64,000 bases of DNA from Macrostomum lignano (Eukaryota). Under the pieces are notes generated by a model. The model ran no database searches, was not told the DNA's origin, and saw only the letters and a program-made list of their open reading frames with translations. Below are positions 57,701 through 64,000 of this stretch, piece by piece (position 1 is the stretch's first letter; each line of letters opens with the position of its first letter). The position numbers were made by a program, and so were the translations under genes. The stretch spans positions 1-64,000 of the forward strand of contig NIVC01000369.1 in assembly GCA_002269645.1 (NCBI GenBank), in the 5' to 3' direction.

Positions 57701-60594
57701 CAGCAGAAATTCAACCACCCTGAGTGCGCTTTCGCATCGAAAGTTGCCCAGCTTAATGCTGCGATGAGTAGTATAGGTGCCATTGTGCAGCTCCAAGTAC
57801 AGCTCCCCAGTCCAGCTGTGCAAGTTCGCCCTATCAGATTCTAGCCCGGTAAATAACGTTCGAGGCGTGCCGTGGCTCAGCCGAGGCAGTCCCGGACAGT
57901 CGGACAGTCTTTCCAATCTGTCCAGCATGTCCGGCCCTGGTCCCTGGCCACCGTCGCCGTGGCCGTACAAAAACCCGGCATGCTGTGTCCGACCCTTGTC
58001 CCGGTGGTTGCTAGCTGAGAAGGCCAGCTCGGATGGGAGAACCTTACGAGTAATTAGGAGTGCAGATCGATAAGTGTAAATCTGAGTGCAGATCAATACA
58101 TGTACATCTGAGTGTAGATCGATACATGTACATCTGAGTGTAGATCGATACGTGTACATCTGAGTGCAGATCGATACGTGTACATCTGATAGCAGATCGA
58201 TTAGTGTACATCTGATAGCAGATCGATACGTGTACATTTGAGTGCAGATCGATAAGTGTACATCTGAGTGCAGCTCGATGAGTGTACATCTGAGTGCAGC
58301 TCGATAAGTGTACATCTGAGTGCAGATCGATTAGTGTACATCGGAGTGCAGATCGATTAGTGTACATCGGAGTGCAGCTCGATAAGTGTACATTGTGCAA
58401 AGATTAGTTAATTGGGTAAGTGCAAGTGCAAACAGCCATAACATAGATTCAATAAAGTCACATGACATACCACACAAACCTACCTGCATGTTGTACGAGT
58501 CGCCAGGTGGAAAATGAGCCAACACCTCCGAGCCGTCAATGCCGCGCCAGACAAACGAATGATGCGGAAATTTGTTCACCAACGACCAGCTAAGCTTCTG
58601 GGTTAGAAACCAGCTCATTCCAGCGTGCCTCATCAGCTGGGGCAGCTGGCCGCTGTAACCGAACGTGTCTGGTAGCCAAAATTCCGGACACTTTCGTCCG
58701 AAATGGCGTTGAAAAAATTTCTGACCATAATGAAATTGACGTAGTAACGATTCGCAGCAGGGCAGATTAGTGTCCATCTCGACCCAGCAGCCGCCAACAG
58801 GTAGGAAGCGATCCTGCTTAGCTAGGCTGACAATCTCTGAGAACAGATTTGGGTAGTCCGTCTTCAGCCAGTCCAGCTGTTGAGCCTGGAAAAGAAATAT
58901 TCAACATCAATTATCATTGTTACCTGGTAATAATAAAACAACTTTCTAACAACTCTCTGAAGAAATGAGAAAAACGATTTTGCTTTTTATTAAAAAACGC
59001 CTTGTCAAAGATTTGCACTCCTACAAAAGGGAGTTGTAGCAGTCGGACTCGCGACTCCAAGGTCAGGGGTTCGATTCCCGAGCCACTTGGAACAATTTGT
59101 GTCCTTTGAGCAAGACACTTAACTCTGCATTGCGTCGGTTCACCCAGCTGTAAAATGGGTTCCAGCATTAGCTGGGGTGATTGAGGGAAAAATGTGTGGC
59201 GACCGCCAGTCCTTGAACTGAACAGCCGTACGCAGCCTTCAGTCGCAACGCCCAATAGCTGCGGCTGAGCTGTCGGTTGCACGTCTGCCCTAATTGGGAC
59301 GGGTGTAATAAATAGCTCGTAATTGCATTATCATTTTAATACTCCTCCAAAGCACTGGGGTAGAATCCAACTTTAGCCGACAGAATCATTGATAATAGAC
59401 ATTAAACCAATAGACAGAAGATTACTAGGAGCAATCAACACACCTGAGACACGACAAACGTCATCTTTGGATGCTTGCGCATGAGACGCAGCGTACTTGA
59501 CCAGCTTCTAGCAGTTTTACGCCTAGTCTCGGCGTAATCCCACAGCCAAGCGGTGTCGATGTGACAGTGGCCCATGGCGTGAAGCAGCATCCGGTCTTTC
59601 GAGGTACCTGCAGGCTCCATTGTTGTGCCTCTCGACGCTTTGAAAAATTCGTCAGCCAATTTGATTGCATCGTCATAGCGGCACTGCAGGCACAAATTCA
59701 CAATGCTATTGCCGCAGTAGAGAGCTCGATGACCTTGATCTGTCTCTTTGAGCTCTTTGGCAATCTCCATTAGCAGGTGAAGATCTTGGATTAAGCGACT
59801 AATTATAGGATCCCTACGGATGAGTTGGCATTTGGACAGATTGCCCTGCCTTTTGGGATCCGGTGGCCGAACGCATGAAGGACCAGCTCCAAACAGTTCA
59901 CTGACAGAGCATTGCAAGTACAGCATCAGCTGCGACTCATTGAATGGCGATTGTAAATCATTCTGGTCATCTGGCGATAGCTCTGCAGTTTCTCTTGTAC
60001 CATCGTGAAGTGAAGTTACGCCTTGAATGATGCGACCAGTTGGAGAAAAGATCAGTGCCTCCGTGTCGGAGTTCCATTGAAAATGGACTTCACTGTTGAT
60101 GCTGCCAGATTTTTTGCTAGCAGCAAAAGCTTCGTTAAGCCAGTCAGCTTTTGGTAGCTGTACACGGAACCAGTGGATGCTCCAACTAAAACAGAAAAGT
60201 GAAAAAACATTTTATAAATAAAAAAATAGCCAAGAGAAATAAGAGACAATCAAGGCTTACACTGGACCAAATTTAAAACCAAGGTCAATGTCCTCCCATA
60301 GGCTTTCAGTTGTTAAAGTTTTCTTGTCCAGCCATGAACCAAGGAACTCTTGTGACTTCAGATGCTGTATGCTCAGAGCAGCTGCTCGATTGGATGTTTG
60401 CCTGAATAAAGAAAACGTTTTAAAGTGTTAAATTTTCTCATTACAATATTTATTGAATTGTATTTTACGAAAGATATAAGTACATACCTTGAAAGTAAGT
60501 TTGAATCACAAAAGTAAAGCGGTGAAATAAACTTTTCAATTCTTTCATATGTTGTTCTCCAGTGTTTATGTACATCCTGTAGTTCCATTTTCAT
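54779..60594 (-). CDS. MAN2C1: Cytosolic alpha-mannosidase 2C1 (GH38), 6 exons, about 1107 aa
   Basis: Exons (minus): 60594-60488, 60401-60261, 60185-59444, 58885-58484, 58042-57665, 56332-54779, all phase-consistent. Motifs [40 protein letters not shown] (nucleophile Asp), [42 protein letters not shown]. Confidence 0.97.
56700..57458. repeat. 20-bp minisatellite (cgcccaccaagagacagggg)n in MAN2C1 intron 5
   Basis: About 37 tandem units; source of many spurious ORFs. Confidence 0.96.
58070..58392. repeat. 26-bp minisatellite (gtgtacatctgagtgcagatcgataa)n in MAN2C1 intron 4
   Basis: Period 26. Confidence 0.94.
59025..59293 (+). mobile_element. CORE-type tRNA-derived SINE, copy 3 (MAN2C1 intron 3)
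   Basis: B box ggttcgattc, CORE block gagcaagacacttaactc...cagctgtaaaatggg, same 3' tail as 8725-9004. Confidence 0.88.
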
Positions 60595-63338
60595 GCATTA
60601 AAGGAAACTTATTTTATACTAAATTCAATATACAGATGATTAATAAATATAATGTCCAATTGTTTTAAGGTTGGGCTGCTAGACCATAGTTCATATATGA
60701 TAGTTAGGCTGAGAAATAACAATATTGTGACGTTGTCAGTTTAAGGGCCATTTTAGCATATGGTACCAATCTATAATAATTGTTAATTTAATGGTCTCAT
60801 ACTCTCACGTCTGCTTAAAGTAGTGCCCAAAGAATTTTAAACAACTTGCGTACGTTTTTAAAGCCTAAGTACAGTACGCGATCGATAATTTCTGTTTTTC
60901 TCGCCGGCCAATAGAAAAGCCGCGCATAAAATTATGTTAGCCTGAAATTAAGTTCTCCTCGCGCGCCCACCCCCAGCCCGCTCCTTATCAGTCCTGTCTG
61001 GCTGGGGCGCTCGGGGTTAGACCCTTCCACCCTTGGCCGCCGCTCTGCCCGCCCGTAGGCTCTCACCACCCCGGCACTCCTTGTTTGTTTGCCTTCTCTT
61101 TCTGCCTCGCTCCGCCACGGTTCTAAACCACGCCTCTGCCAATCTCAGTCACGCCACTCCTACTGTCTGTACGAGCTCTCGCTAAGAGCACCGCCACCGC
61201 ACGTTCACCGCCATCACATCGTCACCATTGCCTCAGGCCCATCGAATCACTCTATCGTCTACCATCTAACTTATTGTTGCGTAGCCGCCCAGTGCATTTC
61301 TTATGGATTCAGCCAGTACTTTGACCTGTCTCTGTTGACCGCCCAGACGGAATTAATAATAGCAAGCCTAACCGTCCTCTCATACGTTACAATAAATAAA
61401 GTCTGCGGCCATCGCCCGCATCAGTCGTTATTATCATCAAGTGCTACCGCTACAAAATTGCCTCTGCCGTATTTGTCTTCGTTGATTACTTTCGAGGCCA
61501 CCACATTAATTGTCACAATATATTATAAATATTGAAGCTTAGTATTGAAAATGCAAAAACTGTTACAATCAACTAGTTATAGCATATAATAATGCTCAAT
61601 AAAACATCTTTTGACTGTGTTTTGTCATATAATCTCTATTTAAAAACCTTATTAAAAATATATCACATTAAAAAATAAATTAAATTAGGAAAACTAAAGT
61701 AACTAGTATTTTCACATAAATTATAATATAAAACACAATTAAAAGTCTTCTAAAGAAACTATTTTAAAAATCGAATTCAATTTACCCTGCAATCTATCGG
61801 TAGTTTAATAAAATTTAGGCATAAAACATGGATTTATTTCATTTCAGCAAGTTTTGGGTTTGATATACATAACTCTCTTATATCCATACAAATTTATAAA
61901 GCTAGAATTTTATTATGCTATTTATGCAGAAGTTTCGATTTAATTTCCACAAAAGGCAACAGAAAATTGTGAGTTAAGGTACATAAATGTTAGTTATAAA
62001 CTTCGGTGGTGTACCTGACACCACGAGGAAAATATATAATAAGGGGATGTTCAATTTCAAAGATGTACAGTCTGTGTTGAGTAAAAACTAAGTAACACCC
62101 ATGAATTAACCATTTTCGAGCTATTTCGAATGCAGGCTTTCTGCCATCAATTCATTTAAAAAACAGGTACATGCCTCCCCGTCCTTGTCGTCTGTGTATA
62201 TTTATTCATTTCGCTAACGAATATAAGTAATTGATACGATTTCTAGAAAAATGCCAATTTCAAATACGATAATTTTATAGCACAAAGCAACAATGCTTTT
62301 AAAATTTTGACGTAAAAACTTGGTAAATAATTACTTTAAATTATAATAAAAGATATAAAATATTAAACACTTAGTTTAAAACAAGTTTAAGTAGTTTTAA
62401 GTATAAAACATTTGACATTGCAGTTTTCTTGGAAAGCTTTCGCCAGTCGCTCGCTCGATCGACTGCCAAAGACCTGCATGAGAGAAAAGAAAGAACTATA
62501 ACATTCGGCTACTGAAAAGTAGCTAAAATAGCTCACAAAAGTCACATTGTCATTTAATTGGTTAAAAAAACAGTAATTAATAAATTGCTATAAAAAATGA
62601 GCAATTGCACTGCCTTTGCACCAGATAGCCAAGGCCATCAAGATCATCAAGGTTTACTATTTACAGGAATTAAACTTCGTAGGCCTAATAAAATTTGTTG
62701 TACTTGTACCTAACCTAGCTTATGTATAGTTGCCACATTGTGTTGCTTTTTGCAGTTTACACTACAGAGTTCTTTACTTGCTTTGAAATAGCTTCTTGCT
62801 TTCATTTCAAATATATAGAAATGGAGAGAAACCTAAAATTAATAAAAATTATAAAAATTATAATGAAGTAATATACTGTGTCTGTAGGCCTAGCACCTAG
62901 TGTTATTGAATGGGTGTTGTAAACAACTTGACACACACATGGGGTTTTATTGTTTTAAAAAAATGCAATAATTTAGCACCTAAAAATAAATATAAGTTAA
63001 AGTTAAAGTCAATTAAGCTTATATAAATATACTATAGCACAGATAAAAAGCAAGCTTAGTTAATATGGTTGACTCCAAATGGGTTGTTTTTGCTGCAGTG
63101 CAGGTGAATTGCTGCAGGCAGTGTCCCAGCAGCCAGCAGCAGCAGGGCCTAGCAATGCCAGTAGATGATATTAAGGAATGGCAATTTTGATTTTGCTATC
63201 AGCTAGGCTATTGAGAGAATGGCCAAGTAGCATATGCCTAGCACCTTCAACTTGTATAGCAGGTCACACATGTGCAATAGTCGGCCAAGTCGGCCGATCT
63301 GGCTGACAGATTTGGCAGCCAACCAAGGAAGTCGCAAA

Positions 63339-63680
63339 GGGGGGCCGTAGCCCAGCGCTAGCGCAGCTGCTCTCGTGTGCCAGCAACCCAGGCTCAATTC
63401 CAAGTGCAGTCACATTAATTTGGGGCTGAATTGGAATCTTGGCTTGGCTCGGCTCGTGCAATTAATGGCCTTGAGAGCCAACCCCCCAAGGTGCAGTGAA
63501 GTGTACATGCCTAACGATAATATAAAGTTAGGGCCGCTGTACACTCCTGTGTGAGTGTGTGCTTGTATGCCTACTCAGGGGAGTCGGCGGAATGGGCAGT
63601 AATGCCTCTCACAGGTTGTGTGCCTATGTCGCTTAAAGTGTGCCAGGGTGCACACAACCCCCTGCCTCTAATAAAAAAAG
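63339..63680 (+). mobile_element. tRNA-derived SINE family 2, copy 2
   Basis: Colinear with 24365-24716; ends ctctaataaaaaaa. Confidence 0.8.
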
Positions 63681-64000
63681 GAAGTCGCAAAAATGCCCAC
63701 CCAAAAAATACCAGTATAGTACTAAGTAGCTGACAAGGCTTTTTAGACTTAGTAAGACAGTCATAGTTACTCCTGCCGTTTACCCAAAGTTGCGTTAATT
63801 TTGCATTAGGGTTTTTTTACATGTAAGTCATATTTTTGGCCAAAAACTACATCGCATTTTTGTTAAAACTAAGTCGCATGGCCGACCGAATTTTGGAGGT
63901 TGCGCATGTATATAGCAGGTTGTGGTGCATCATGTCCAAGGCCTATTCTTGCATGGTTGTCATTAGGATAGCCTCCATGCCATAGCATAGAGAAGGATTG

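Noticed and set aside
56536-58400. Cluster of overlapping ORFs in MAN2C1 introns
   Set aside because: They derive from the 20-bp and 26-bp satellites; MAN2C1 splices in phase without them.
62400-64000. Possible exons of a neighbouring gene (about 62420-62475 minus; about 63105-63170 plus)
   Set aside because: Too short, with no recognisable domain and no consistent exon chain within the window.

Overview
Intron-rich invertebrate (metazoan) genomic DNA. The polyQ proteins, a private minisatellite in most long introns and a CsRn1-type retrotransposon fit a free-living flatworm such as Macrostomum, but that is inference only. I spliced three intact or near-intact genes by hand using splice sites and phase continuity. 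(1) A + strand PLEKHG7-like DH-PH RhoGEF, 20 exons, 2730-26655, about 1370 aa, with one apparent 1-nt frameshift near 2915-2943. (2) A convergent - strand DCDC2-like protein with two doublecortin (DCX) domains fused to polyQ linkers and 5-6 IQ calmodulin-binding motifs, 37351-29317. This is the most unusual architecture in the window. (3) - strand cytosolic alpha-mannosidase MAN2C1 (GH38), 6 exons, 60594-54779. An M12B/ADAMTS-like metalloprotease at 44925-47567 lacks its zinc-binding catalytic segment. A complete young 5.2-kb Ty3/Gypsy element (47869-53068) has 402-bp LTRs, a CCGT target-site duplication, CHCC Gag, a GGGAAAC -1 slip site with a candidate pseudoknot, and a PBS that looks like tRNA-Tyr. 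Also present: an old Gypsy pol relic split by a solo LTR, nested MITEs, a TA-flanked foldback element, two tRNA-derived SINE families (one with a MIR-like CORE domain), and over 20 tandem arrays. No rRNA, true tRNA gene or CRISPR array was found.
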